Source: Thermodesulfobacteriota bacterium (GTDB lineage Bacteria > Desulfobacterota > BSN033 > UBA1163). Taken from it: a DNA stretch of 64,000 nucleotides. The DNA lies in assembly GCA_026415035.1 (NCBI GenBank), contig JAOAHX010000013.1, positions 13,717 through 77,716 on the forward strand, given 5' to 3'. Position 1 is the first letter of the stretch. Every line of letters begins with the position of its first letter. Below are positions 51,157-59,293 of the stretch, piece after piece. The notes below the pieces were generated by a model. The model searched no databases, was not told the DNA's origin, and saw only the letters and a list, made by a program, of their open reading frames with translations. The translations under genes and the position numbers were made by a program.

Positions 51157-52332
51157 GTGGAAGATCGAAGCGGTGAGCTGAACCGACCCTGTCCCTCCTT
51201 GATGCACCTCTTCCTCGCTTTCTTCAAATTGGGAGCCACGGCCTTCGGCGGACCCGCGATCGTCGCCTACATGCGGCAGTTGGCGGTGAATCAGAAGCGT
51301 TGGCTGGATGAAAAGACAGCCCGGGATGGGATCGCCCTGTGTCAGACCATCCCAGGCGCCACCGCCATGCAGATGTCGGCCTATGTGGGGTTTAGGGCCA
51401 GAGGCATAGGAGGGGCCGCCGTCAGTTTCATCGGATTTGGGCTTCCGGCCTTTCTTCTCATGATGATCCTCTCGGCCTTCTACGCCAAGACGCATACCCT
51501 GCCTTCGGTTGTTTCCATCTTCAATGGACTCCAAGCCATCGTCGTGGCGATCGTGGCCTATGCCACGTTCTCCTTCGGCAGGCCCTTGGTTAAAACATGG
51601 CAGAACGGGGTGTTGGCCTTGACGGCTGCAGCTCTTTTCGGGCTGAAGCTCCATCCCATCCTGGTCATCTCCTTCGCCGCCTTCTTAGGGGTCGCGCTCT
51701 ACTTCAAACAGCCCGTTCAACTCGGGGAAAAACCTCCCACCAAGTCGTCTCCTCCACCCTCCCTCCTCTGGTTAATCTTCGCAGCCCTCTTGGGGACGGC
51801 CGCCCTTTTCAGGCTCAACAGAAGGCTTTTTGATTTGGCGATGCTGATGTTCAGAATCGATCTGTTTGCCTTTGGGGGCGGTTATGCCTCTGTCCCCATG
51901 ATGTTCCACGAGGTCGTCGAGGTCCGTCGATGGATGGATGGACCCACGCTCTTAAACGGCATTGCCCTGGGACAGGTGACTCCCGGGCCCATTGTGATCA
52001 CCGCCACCTTCATCGGATACTTGTGGCAGGGGTTTTGGGGTGGGGTGGTCGCCACAGCCAGCGTCTTTTTGCCCTCCTTCCTCATCGTCATCGGGGCAAT
52101 TCCCTATTTCGACCGGATCCGATCCTCTCCCCATTTGATAAAGGTTTTCACGGGGATATTCTGTTCTTTCGTGGGACTTCTCTTAACGGTCACCTTCCGT
52201 TTTGCAATCCATCTTCCTTGGGATCTCCCCCGTCTCCTCATCACGCTCGGGGCCTTAGCAGCCCTTTTCCTGAAGGTGGGACTCCTCTGGGTCGTTCTTT
52301 TGGGAGCAGGGGTCTCTTGGATCGTCTTATAG
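51157..52332 (+). CDS. chrA: Chromate efflux transporter (long-chain CHR)
   Basis: Two repeats: AFGGP...QTIPGA and FGGGY...GQVTPGP. Confidence 0.92.
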   Translation: MEDRSGELNRPCPSLMHLFLAFFKLGATAFGGPAIVAYMRQLAVNQKRWLDEKTARDGIALCQTIPGATAMQMSAYVGFRARGIGGAAVSFIGFGLPAFLLMMILSAFYAKTHTLPSVVSIFNGLQAIVVAIVAYATFSFGRPLVKTWQNGVLALTAAALFGLKLHPILVISFAAFLGVALYFKQPVQLGEKPPTKSSPPPSLLWLIFAALLGTAALFRLNRRLFDLAMLMFRIDLFAFGGGYASVPMMFHEVVEVRRWMDGPTLLNGIALGQVTPGPIVITATFIGYLWQGFWGGVVATASVFLPSFLIVIGAIPYFDRIRSSPHLIKVFTGIFCSFVGLLLTVTFRFAIHLPWDLPRLLITLGALAALFLKVGLLWVVLLGAGVSWIVL

Positions 52333-52390
52333 GCCTTCGAACCATCGCTCCCGCCCGCACCCTTTTGCCGATCCCAAAAGAAAAAAAAGA

Positions 52391-52419
52391 TTGACATCGA
52401 TGCGGTCCTGTCGGATAAT
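52391..52419 (+). promoter_or_regulatory. sigma70 promoter upstream of the fluoride riboswitch
   Basis: TTGACA-N17-GATAAT. Confidence 0.7.
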
Positions 52420-52440
52420 AGATTGAGAAAAAACATATCG

Positions 52441-52497
52441 GGCGATGAAGTTCGCCATTAAAGGTCCCCAGCTTTATCGGGGAATGATAACTTCTAC
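52441..52497 (+). ncRNA. Fluoride riboswitch (crcB motif) aptamer
   Basis: GGCGATGAAGTTCGCC-ATTAAA-(TCCCC/GGGGA hairpin)-TGATAACTTCTAC; P1 is GGCGA/TCGCC; the pseudoknot is GAAGT/ACTTC. Confidence 0.88.
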
Positions 52498-52524
52498 TGG
52501 GTCCACTGGTAGAAGTTTTTTTTT
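52489..52524 (+). terminator. Riboswitch expression-platform terminator
   Basis: AACTTCTACTGG...CTGGTAGAAGTT followed by a T-run; uses the aptamer's 3' pseudoknot strand. Confidence 0.8.
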
Positions 52525-52611
52525 CAAGGGAATATCTTCATCCCAGTTTTCGCATCTTGTGCAGGAGGAGGGATGGGGAAGGAGTGGTCTGAGAGGAAAG
52601 GAGGTAAGAGG

Positions 52612-52899
52612 ATGGAGACGAGGAAAGCGTTTCTCGAAGCGGTCATGAAAATCGCCCATCTCGAAGACTTAAAACAGGCGGATTTAGCCGCCCGGGCGGT
52701 CATCGCATTGACCAAAGCGATCATCGGAGAAGAACTTTCCCAGAAGATCGCGGAGGTCTCCCCGCCTGACCTTCGCGAGGGGTGGGAGTCGATCAAGCCT
52801 GCCTACCTCTTTGATGCCTACGAGCGAGATGAATTGCTGTTTGAGACAGGGGAGGTCTCGGAGGTCTCTGGGGAAACTCCTTACCTCACCCGGCCGTGA
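52612..52899 (+). CDS. DUF2267-like small protein
   Basis: FLEAV...ADLAARAVIAL...IGEELSQKIA..SPPDLREGW; AAGGAGG SD (alternative start 52573). Confidence 0.65.
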   Translation: METRKAFLEAVMKIAHLEDLKQADLAARAVIALTKAIIGEELSQKIAEVSPPDLREGWESIKPAYLFDAYERDELLFETGEVSEVSGETPYLTRP

Positions 52900-53057
52900 G
52901 ATCGAAAACGGTCCAACAAAAGACATCCTCTATGAAATCCCGGTCGATCGAGGGAGGCCACCCGTCCTTTCCCCTTTCCTCCTGCCCTGAGAAATGGTGA
53001 CGTCACCGAGTCCACCGGGATCGCTCTTGAACACACCCTGGCTTCGAAGGAGACCGT

Positions 53058-53759
53058 ATGACCGATCCCTACAGTGCCCTGATAATCGCCGCCCTTATCT
53101 TTCTCGGAAGCCTCCTTTCCGTCGAGACGGGGGTGTCGGTGGCCCTCATCGAGATCACCCTTGGCGTGATCGGCGGAAATTTTCTCGGTCTCGCACCTAC
53201 CCCTTGGCTGACCTTTCTGGCAGGTTTCGGAGGAATTCTTCTAACTTTCCTGGCAGGAGCGGAGGTCGATCCCATCATCCTGAGAGAAAAGGCGAAGGAG
53301 AGTTTATGGATCGGTGGCCTCTCATTCCTCGCGCCTTTTTTAGGAACGATTGCTTATTGCTACTGGGTGGCTCACTGGTCTTTAAACGCTTCGGTCATTG
53401 GAGGAATCGCCCTCTCGACCACTTCTTTGGCTGTGATCTATGCTGTTCTGGTAGAGACAGGATTAACCCATTATGAAATCGGTAAGATCCTCATGGCTTC
53501 CTGTTTCATCACCGACCTGGGCACAGCCCTGGCTTTAAGCCTCATCTTTGCGGAATTTAATATCTTCACCCTCCTTTCTGCCGGAGTCTCTGCCTTCGTC
53601 ATCCTGGTCATACCCAAGATAGCTCCCTTCCTATTCAAACGATACGGCGACCGGGTGATTGAGCCTGAAATCAAATTTCTCTTCTTCATGCTTTTCCTTT
53701 TCATTTATGTTTCTAAAGTGGGATCGAGCCATGCGATCCTGCCCGCCTTTGTGGTATGA
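53058..53759 (+). pseudogene. Cation:proton antiporter (CPA2/Na+/H+ exchanger), C-terminally truncated
   Basis: LTFLAGAEVD, LSTTSLAVIYAVL, CFITDLGT; ends abruptly at HAILPAFVV after 233 aa, while such antiporters are typically about 400 aa. Confidence 0.75.
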
Positions 53760-53989
53760 TATCTTTATAGGTATCGGGAAGAGGATGGCCCTCTGAAGTC
53801 AGGATCAATTTTGGCAATATCAATGGACGAATTGACGATATTTTCAATCCATCTCTCCACATTTCTTCTCTTTCCTCTGTCCTCATGGTATCCTTCCCAG
53901 GAAAGGGTTTTGAACGTTTCGTAATCCTTCAGTTCATTTTCGAGGAAAGTGAGATGTCGGATGAACCTATATCGAATCTCTCTTTTCAA
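53755..53989 (-). pseudogene. HepT (DUF86) toxin remnant, frameshifted and truncated
   Basis: RRNVERWIENIVNSSIDIAK; removing one A from the AAAA run continues as LILTSEGHPLPDTYKDII, which then meets the antiporter; no R-X4-H motif. Confidence 0.75.
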
Positions 53990-54389
53990 GGGGATTTTTC
54001 TCCCTATAATCGTTGATCACAAGATGCATAAAATCTTCAGCCTCTTTCGTTACCCCCTCCATGAAATCGAGATAAAGCCCCCAGTCATTGATGGCAAGGG
54101 GGATTCCGCGAATGGCGCTTGCCGCAGCCGTTGAAGGATCCCTGTTCAAGACAAGAAGCTCAACCTCTCTTTTAATCATCCTTTCCAGGTCAGACCATAT
54201 CTCATCTTCGCTTGTGTAATAAATTTCTTCTTCAAACTCGATCGGATATCTTTTCTCGGGAGAAAAATAGACTGCGATATCCACATCGGATAAGGGGGTA
54301 GCCTTCCCTTTCGCTTGCGAGCCGTATAAAAAGGCGAAGGCGACCTCTTTCCGGTTCTTAAAGTAATGTTTTAAGGCTTCGATATCCAT
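53967..54389 (-). CDS. MNT/MntA-type nucleotidyltransferase antitoxin
   Basis: FAFLYGSQAKGKATPLSDVDIAVYF (GS-X10-DXD), REVELLVLN. Confidence 0.88.
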   Translation of the reverse strand: MDIEALKHYFKNRKEVAFAFLYGSQAKGKATPLSDVDIAVYFSPEKRYPIEFEEEIYYTSEDEIWSDLERMIKREVELLVLNRDPSTAAASAIRGIPLAINDWGLYLDFMEGVTKEAEDFMHLVINDYREKNPLEKRDSI

Positions 54390-54431
54390 CGAACCAAAAC
54401 TAAGCGAAGGCGTGAAAAATGTCGACCCCTT

Positions 54432-54743
54432 TTATCGGATTCTTTCTTTCCGGGCCTCAATATACTCTCTATATTCTTTCAGGAGGACGCTTTTATACTC
54501 CCGGCGGGCGGAGGACGGGATGTAGTTGTTATATTTCTCCAGCCGGTCGAGGAGCTCTTCTGCCGTATCCCGATTCGGCAATCTCCCCTCGGAGTAAAGT
54601 TCGGCCATCACTTCATCCAAGCCATTCACCCGGACCTGTATGCCATCTGGAAATTTCAAGGTGCGCCGACTAACTGTCAGCGTCTCGGGCTCTCAGCCCA
54701 CTCAGCCATCGCCTTCCACCTGTGAAATTCGATACTCGGTCAT
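54432..54743 (-). CDS. Predicted double-selenocysteine protein (UxxU: G-U-V-G-U-E), 103 aa
   Basis: AAGGAGGT SD 5 nt before ATG 54743; in-frame TGA at codons 14 (54702-54704) and 17 (54693-54695); frame continues into the 54432-54659 ORF; SECIS-like hairpin downstream. Confidence 0.8.
54664..54682 (-). promoter_or_regulatory. SECIS-like hairpin CGCUGAC-AGUUA-GUCGGCG
   Basis: 7-bp stem starting at the 11th nt after the second UGA; G in the apical loop. Confidence 0.65.
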
Positions 54744-54808
54744 CGATGACCTCCTTCCTCAATAGATCTCCCCTTCGGCCAGTCCCCCATAAGGGCTGGT
54801 TCCCTCCC

Positions 54809-55903
54809 TCAGGGTCGGCAGGAGAGGTGACAGACTCCCGTCGGTGTCTCGACGGCATAAGGAAAATATCTCTTCTTGAACCAGAGGGCCACATTGACAA
54901 GGCTGATCAGGACCGGGACTTCCATCAAGGGGCCGATCACCGCGGCAAAGGCCTGGCCGGAGTTGATTCCGAAGACGGCGACGGCAACGGCGATGGCGAG
55001 TTCGAAATTGTTCGAGGCCGCTGTAAAACTTAACGTCGTAGCTTGCTCGTAAGTCGCCCCGACTTTCTTGGAGAAATAGAAAGAGACCAGGAACATCACC
55101 ACGAAATAGATCAGCAAGGGAATGGCCACCCGGATCACATCGAGGGGGAGACGGACGATGTATTCCCCTTTGAGGGAGAACATGACGAGGATGGTGAAGA
55201 GGAGGGCGATCAACGTGATCGGGCTGATCTTGGGAACGAACTTCGTTTCGTACCAGGTTTTGCCCTTTGTCTTTAACCCGATCAGCCTGGAAAGAACCCC
55301 GGCAATGAAAGGGATGCCGAGGTAGATGAAGACGCTCTCCGCAATCTGACCGATCGTGATTTGAACGGCCATGCCTTTCAGCCCGAGCAAGGGTGGGAGG
55401 ACCGTGATGAAGATGTAGGCGTAGATGGAGAAGAAGAGGACCTGAAAGATGGAATTAAAGGCAACGAGCCCCGCGCAGTATTCCCGATCTCCCGAGGCCA
55501 GATCGTTCCACACGATCACCATGGCGATGCACCGGGCCAGGCCGATCAAGATCAATCCAACCATATATTCGTGATGCCCCGAAAGAAAGGTGATCGCCAG
55601 AAGAAACATCAGGACCGGGCCGATGACCCAGTTCTGGATGAGGGAGAGGGCAAGGACCTTATAGTTTCGAAAGACGTGGGCCATCTCTTCGTATCTCACC
55701 TTGGCCAGGGGGGGATACATCATGAGGATGAGTCCGATGGCGATGGGGATGTTCGTCGTGTCCACCTGGAACTGGTCCCAGAAGTGGACGATGCCGGGAA
55801 AGACATAGCCCCAGCCCACACCGACAAACATCGCTAAGAAAATCCATAAGGTTAAGTAACGATCCAGGAACGAGAGTCTTTTAGTGATTTGTTCTCCTGC
55901 CAT
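54809..55903 (-). CDS. acr3: Acr3 family arsenite efflux transporter
   Basis: [64 protein letters not shown]-terminal CHLSC tail. Confidence 0.96.
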   Translation of the reverse strand: MAGEQITKRLSFLDRYLTLWIFLAMFVGVGWGYVFPGIVHFWDQFQVDTTNIPIAIGLILMMYPPLAKVRYEEMAHVFRNYKVLALSLIQNWVIGPVLMFLLAITFLSGHHEYMVGLILIGLARCIAMVIVWNDLASGDREYCAGLVAFNSIFQVLFFSIYAYIFITVLPPLLGLKGMAVQITIGQIAESVFIYLGIPFIAGVLSRLIGLKTKGKTWYETKFVPKISPITLIALLFTILVMFSLKGEYIVRLPLDVIRVAIPLLIYFVVMFLVSFYFSKKVGATYEQATTLSFTAASNNFELAIAVAVAVFGINSGQAFAAVIGPLMEVPVLISLVNVALWFKKRYFPYAVETPTGVCHLSCRP

Positions 55904-55948
55904 GTGGTCTATCCTCCTTGGCCCAGGTTTGAAATAGCTATCACTCTT

Positions 55949-55967
55949 AACCCGCGACCTGCCGGTT
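55949..55967 (-). promoter_or_regulatory. SECIS-like hairpin AACCGGC-AGGUC-GCGGGUU
   Basis: Begins 11 nt after the UGA at 55979-55981; apical GCAGGUC matches the E. coli fdhF SECIS. Confidence 0.75.
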
Positions 55968-55969
55968 TT

Positions 55970-56182
55970 TTAGATGTCTCAGGAGCCTCCGAAACCGATG
56001 GTCACCTTGCCTCCCTCTACGATCACCGGTATCTTTCTCTTCCCCTTCGAATATTTCAACATCTCTTCAAGTGTTGCCTTGACCCCGACGTCACGAAAGA
56101 CGGCCTTATCTCCATAGGCCTCCCGGGCCTTTCTGGTATAAGGACAACCCTCTGTTCCATAGATTAAAACCTTTGAAGACAT
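55970..56182 (-). CDS. Glutaredoxin-like selenoprotein with C-terminal U-x-x-stop (UXX-star type), 70 aa
   Basis: GCPYT, RKIPVIV, GFGGS-TGA-GAC-ATC-TAA; adjacent SECIS-like hairpin. Confidence 0.82.
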
Positions 56183-56251
56183 GAGCCCCCTCCTTTCCGC
56201 TACTTAAACAAAATGATCCGAAAACCATCTCCAAATTCGTAAATCGAAGAT

Positions 56252-56797
56252 TCATTTCGCTGGAGGGCCTTTAAGCCCGATATTGTGAAGCGTTTCAAGA
56301 AGCAGGCTTCGCTTCTCGGAATACGCATCCGAGAAGAGGGGTGAACATTTCTCGATCTCCGTCTGCCCCCGTAACAATTTAAAGGCAAAGGCCTGACAAC
56401 TCAAAAGTCCACATTCTTTACAGTTCGTTCCCGGAAGCAGCTTGACGATATCCGTCGGCTTCAGTTCCTGTCTCATGGTGTAGTCTGGATGGATCTTATC
56501 CCGATTCCGATAGGTCTCGTTCACCAGGTCCTGAAGCCACTGGAGGAGCGACACCGCCTCCTTCTCGTCATCGATTTTAGTCAGGGTGATATGGTGGGCA
56601 TGAAGGGTGATCAACTTTTCGCCTTTCTTAATCGTCAGCGTCAACGCTGGATGATTAAAAAGACACCCTTTGAGGGTGGCATTTAAATAGGGGAAGGCCT
56701 CGTAAATCTCCCCCGCCACCTCCGCAATGACGCGAATCTTCTCCGGGTCCGCAACACATGGAAGGATGCGAGTGATTTTGTAAGATTGGAAGAGCAT
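56252..56797 (-). CDS. Fe-S cluster domain protein (C-terminal putative 4Fe-4S binding domain)
   Basis: LPGTNCKECGLLSCQAFA...CSPL; N-terminal LPCVADP and PYLNA. Confidence 0.8.
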   Translation of the reverse strand: MLFQSYKITRILPCVADPEKIRVIAEVAGEIYEAFPYLNATLKGCLFNHPALTLTIKKGEKLITLHAHHITLTKIDDEKEAVSLLQWLQDLVNETYRNRDKIHPDYTMRQELKPTDIVKLLPGTNCKECGLLSCQAFAFKLLRGQTEIEKCSPLFSDAYSEKRSLLLETLHNIGLKGPPAK

Positions 56798-56860
56798 AGG
56801 GGCCGATTGTATTTTTCGTCTCTTTTTTCAGGTTGCCCGAAGCTTAACAGGGATGACCTG

Positions 56861-57010
56861 TCACTGCTCCCGTGTCGCCCGATCGACCTGCGGTTTCAAT
56901 ACCTCTTTCAAAAAGAGATAGGCATCCTCTCTGTCCTCATCCAGCAAGATTTTGACCCTCCTGAGCAACTCTCCGGAGCCCAAGGTGATCTCGAGAGGTT
57001 TGACGATCAT
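56861..57010 (-). CDS. Small hypothetical protein (49 aa), missed by the ORF track
   Basis: AGGAGAG SD and ATGA overlap with the upstream stop; MIVKPLEITLGSGELLRRVKILLDEDREDAYLFLKEVLKPQVDRATREQ; fills the operon gap. Confidence 0.65.
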   Translation of the reverse strand: MIVKPLEITLGSGELLRRVKILLDEDREDAYLFLKEVLKPQVDRATREQ

Positions 57011-57501
57011 CCACTCTCCTCCATCAGCCATTTAATAATCATCGATCTTGTGGGAATGGTCCCCTGGGATTTGACCTTCCCGTTGATGATCAGGGCTGGC
57101 ATGGGGATGTTGCCATATTGGCTTCTCAGCGAGGGATCCTTAATATATTGGAACCCCGCCCGGAGCCCGGTCTCTGCAAGGGCCTGAATCACCTCTTGCT
57201 CGAGCTGATTGCAGGAGAAACATCCTAACCCCAATAAGATGACCTCGAGAAAATCCTTTTTCTCTTCAGGCAATTCTTCCCCGAGGAATTTTTTAAATTC
57301 CCGAAAAAGGGCCTTTTTATATTCCTCTTCCATGGTGGAAGGGACATAGTTTTTCTCCCTGACTTTCTCGAGGAGCTTCTGCTTCAGGGCAGGCTCCTCC
57401 GTTCTCTTTTCGTCCCTGAGTTCTTCAAAGATCTCCTGAAGACCACTCAAACCGACCTGGGCGTTTCCCACCAGGACAAGTCTGTAATCTTTTCCTTCCA
57501 T
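57007..57501 (-). CDS. Two-domain protein: NYVP-motif helical domain plus thioredoxin-like domain (CFSC)
   Basis: LGLGCFSC, PALIINGKVK; N-terminal domain similar to the UxxU protein; alternative start 57561. Confidence 0.8.
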   Translation of the reverse strand: MEGKDYRLVLVGNAQVGLSGLQEIFEELRDEKRTEEPALKQKLLEKVREKNYVPSTMEEEYKKALFREFKKFLGEELPEEKKDFLEVILLGLGCFSCNQLEQEVIQALAETGLRAGFQYIKDPSLRSQYGNIPMPALIINGKVKSQGTIPTRSMIIKWLMEESG

Positions 57502-57557
57502 ACCCTTACCCTCATTTCGACGGCGCTCCCCGGTTGGGTGTCCGGAGTCTGAGACCC

Positions 57558-57791
57558 TCACCTAATCCAGGCCTTGATCTCCTCTATTTGGGGCACCTTT
57601 CCAGCGATTTTGACGACGCCATCCACCACCAGGGCAGGGGTCACGAGGACGCCGTAGTTGGTGATCGTTTTGATATCCTGAACCTTAATCACTTCGGCCT
57701 CGATGCCAAGCTCTTTCACGGCCTCTTTGGCCCGCTCTTCGAGCTGATTGCATTTGGCGCATCCCATTCCGAGGATCTCGATCTTCTTCAT
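57558..57791 (-). CDS. MTH895/ArsE-like small thioredoxin-fold redox protein
   Basis: KIEILGMGCAKC, YGVLVTPALVVDG; AGGAGG SD. Confidence 0.9.
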   Translation of the reverse strand: MKKIEILGMGCAKCNQLEERAKEAVKELGIEAEVIKVQDIKTITNYGVLVTPALVVDGVVKIAGKVPQIEEIKAWIR

Positions 57792-57801
57792 AGATGGCCT
57801 C

Positions 57802-58839
57802 CTATTCGAAAAGATATCCAAAGCCCAATCCGGTCACCGTCGCCATGAGGATGACGAGGAAAATATAGGTGAGCCCCTTCTTGAATCCCATCACGCGGAC
57901 GATCACGATCATACTGGGCAGACTTAAGGCAGGCCCTGCTAACAGGAGAGCAAGGGCCGGTCCTCTGCCCATTCCCATATCGAGGAAAGCTCTGATAATG
58001 GGGACCTCTGTCAGCGTGGCGAAATACATGAGGGCTCCCACGACAGAAGCGATGAGGTTGGAGCGGAGGGAATTTCCCCCTACCCATTGTTGGATAAGAC
58101 TTTCTGGAATAAGGGCTTTGATCATCCCTGCGGCAAAAACCCCGATGAGGAGCCAGGGCGCGATCAATTTGACGAAGCCCCAGGTGGCTGAGAACCATTC
58201 TTTGACCTCTTCCCGGTCATACCAGCTCTTTAAAGCGACCAAGAGAACCAAAAAGGATATCCCTGTTAAAATCCATTCCTTCTGCGAGGCAAAGACCAGT
58301 ATCCCTATTAAGGAGGCAAAATAGACAAGAAGGACAGGCCCTTTCTTTCCTCCCTCGGGAATGCCCAGGACCAACGATTGGTCCCTCTTTTCCTTTTCCT
58401 CCTTATGGAAGAGCAAGGCCATGATGAGACCGATGACGATGGAGAAGGCCACCGCCCCGATTGCCCTCCCCGCCCCGAGGTCCAGGCCTAACAACCTTGC
58501 CGAATAGACGATGGCGAGCACATTGATGGCCGGGCCGGAGTAAAGAAAAGTGGTCGCAGGTCCGATTCCCGCCCCCCTTTGATAAATGCCTGAAAACAAG
58601 GGCAACACCGTGCAGGAGCAGACCGCGAGAACGGATCCTGAAACGGAGGCGACTCCATAGGATAACACCCGGTTGGCTTTTGCTCCAAAATACTTCAGCA
58701 CCGAAGCCTGCGAGACGAAGACCCCGATGGCCCCGGCGATAAAAAAAGCGGGGACCAGACAGGTCAGGACATGGGCCGATAGGTAATCGAGAAACGTCTC
58801 CCATCCACTTTTGAGAATATCGGCGAGCAATGATTTCAC
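57802..58839 (-). CDS. ArsP/DUF318 family permease
   Basis: HVLTCLVPAFFIAG, AVCSCTVLPLF, FLYSGPAINVLA, YFATLTEVP, AGPALSLP. Confidence 0.88.
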   Translation of the reverse strand: MKSLLADILKSGWETFLDYLSAHVLTCLVPAFFIAGAIGVFVSQASVLKYFGAKANRVLSYGVASVSGSVLAVCSCTVLPLFSGIYQRGAGIGPATTFLYSGPAINVLAIVYSARLLGLDLGAGRAIGAVAFSIVIGLIMALLFHKEEKEKRDQSLVLGIPEGGKKGPVLLVYFASLIGILVFASQKEWILTGISFLVLLVALKSWYDREEVKEWFSATWGFVKLIAPWLLIGVFAAGMIKALIPESLIQQWVGGNSLRSNLIASVVGALMYFATLTEVPIIRAFLDMGMGRGPALALLLAGPALSLPSMIVIVRVMGFKKGLTYIFLVILMATVTGLGFGYLFE

Positions 58840-58844
58840 CCTCT

Positions 58845-59162
58845 TTACAGGGAACGCATGAGCCGGTTCTGTTCGTGTACCCGGTTTTTCAGAACGATGC
58901 TGATGCTATCCAAAATTTCGAAGACCTTTGGATCCTTGACCTTCACCATCACCTTGACCCCGTCCTTTCGGGTGGTGACAAGCTGGCTCTTCTGCATCAG
59001 GGAAATGTGGCGGGAGACGTTGGACTGCTCCCCTTTAACGGCCGGGACAATTTCGCAGATGCATTTCTCTCCATTTCTTAGAAATTCCAGTATCTTTAAG
59101 CGAGTGGGCTGGGCAAGGGCCTTTAAGATCTCTGCCTTCATCTCGAGAACCCTTTCCTCCAT
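58845..59162 (-). CDS. arsR: ArsR/SmtB family metalloregulator
   Basis: KALAQPTRLKIL, EKCICEI Cys pair, QSNVSRH. Confidence 0.92.
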   Translation of the reverse strand: MEERVLEMKAEILKALAQPTRLKILEFLRNGEKCICEIVPAVKGEQSNVSRHISLMQKSQLVTTRKDGVKVMVKVKDPKVFEILDSISIVLKNRVHEQNRLMRSL

Positions 59163-59181
59163 ACCTCACCTCCTCCTTGCA

Positions 59182-59226
59182 TATATGAATCATTAATCAT
59201 ATAATCCAAAAAACATAAAAGGTCAA
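59182..59226 (-). promoter_or_regulatory. arsR promoter with inverted-repeat operator TATATGA-N8-TCATATA
   Basis: Minus-strand TTGACC at 59226-59221; the inverted repeat at 59182-59203 overlaps the -10/+1 region. Confidence 0.65.
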
Positions 59227-59257
59227 TCGGCCACCGTGCGAAACCTTCCACAATCCT

Positions 59258-59286
59258 TTGAAAGTGCCGTCCGTTGTTTGTATAAT
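59258..59286 (+). promoter_or_regulatory. Divergent sigma70 promoter
   Basis: TTGAAA-N17-TATAAT, 7 nt before ATG 59294. Confidence 0.7.
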
Positions 59287-59293
59287 TTATCTA

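Noticed and set aside
54740..54811. Sec readthrough of the acr3 TGA stop
   Set aside because: Acr3 is already full length, no convincing SECIS geometry is present, and the downstream sequence holds the next gene's SD
54670..54900. 76-aa minus-strand ORF in the track
   Set aside because: Overlaps acr3 and the better-supported UxxU frame; no SD or motifs
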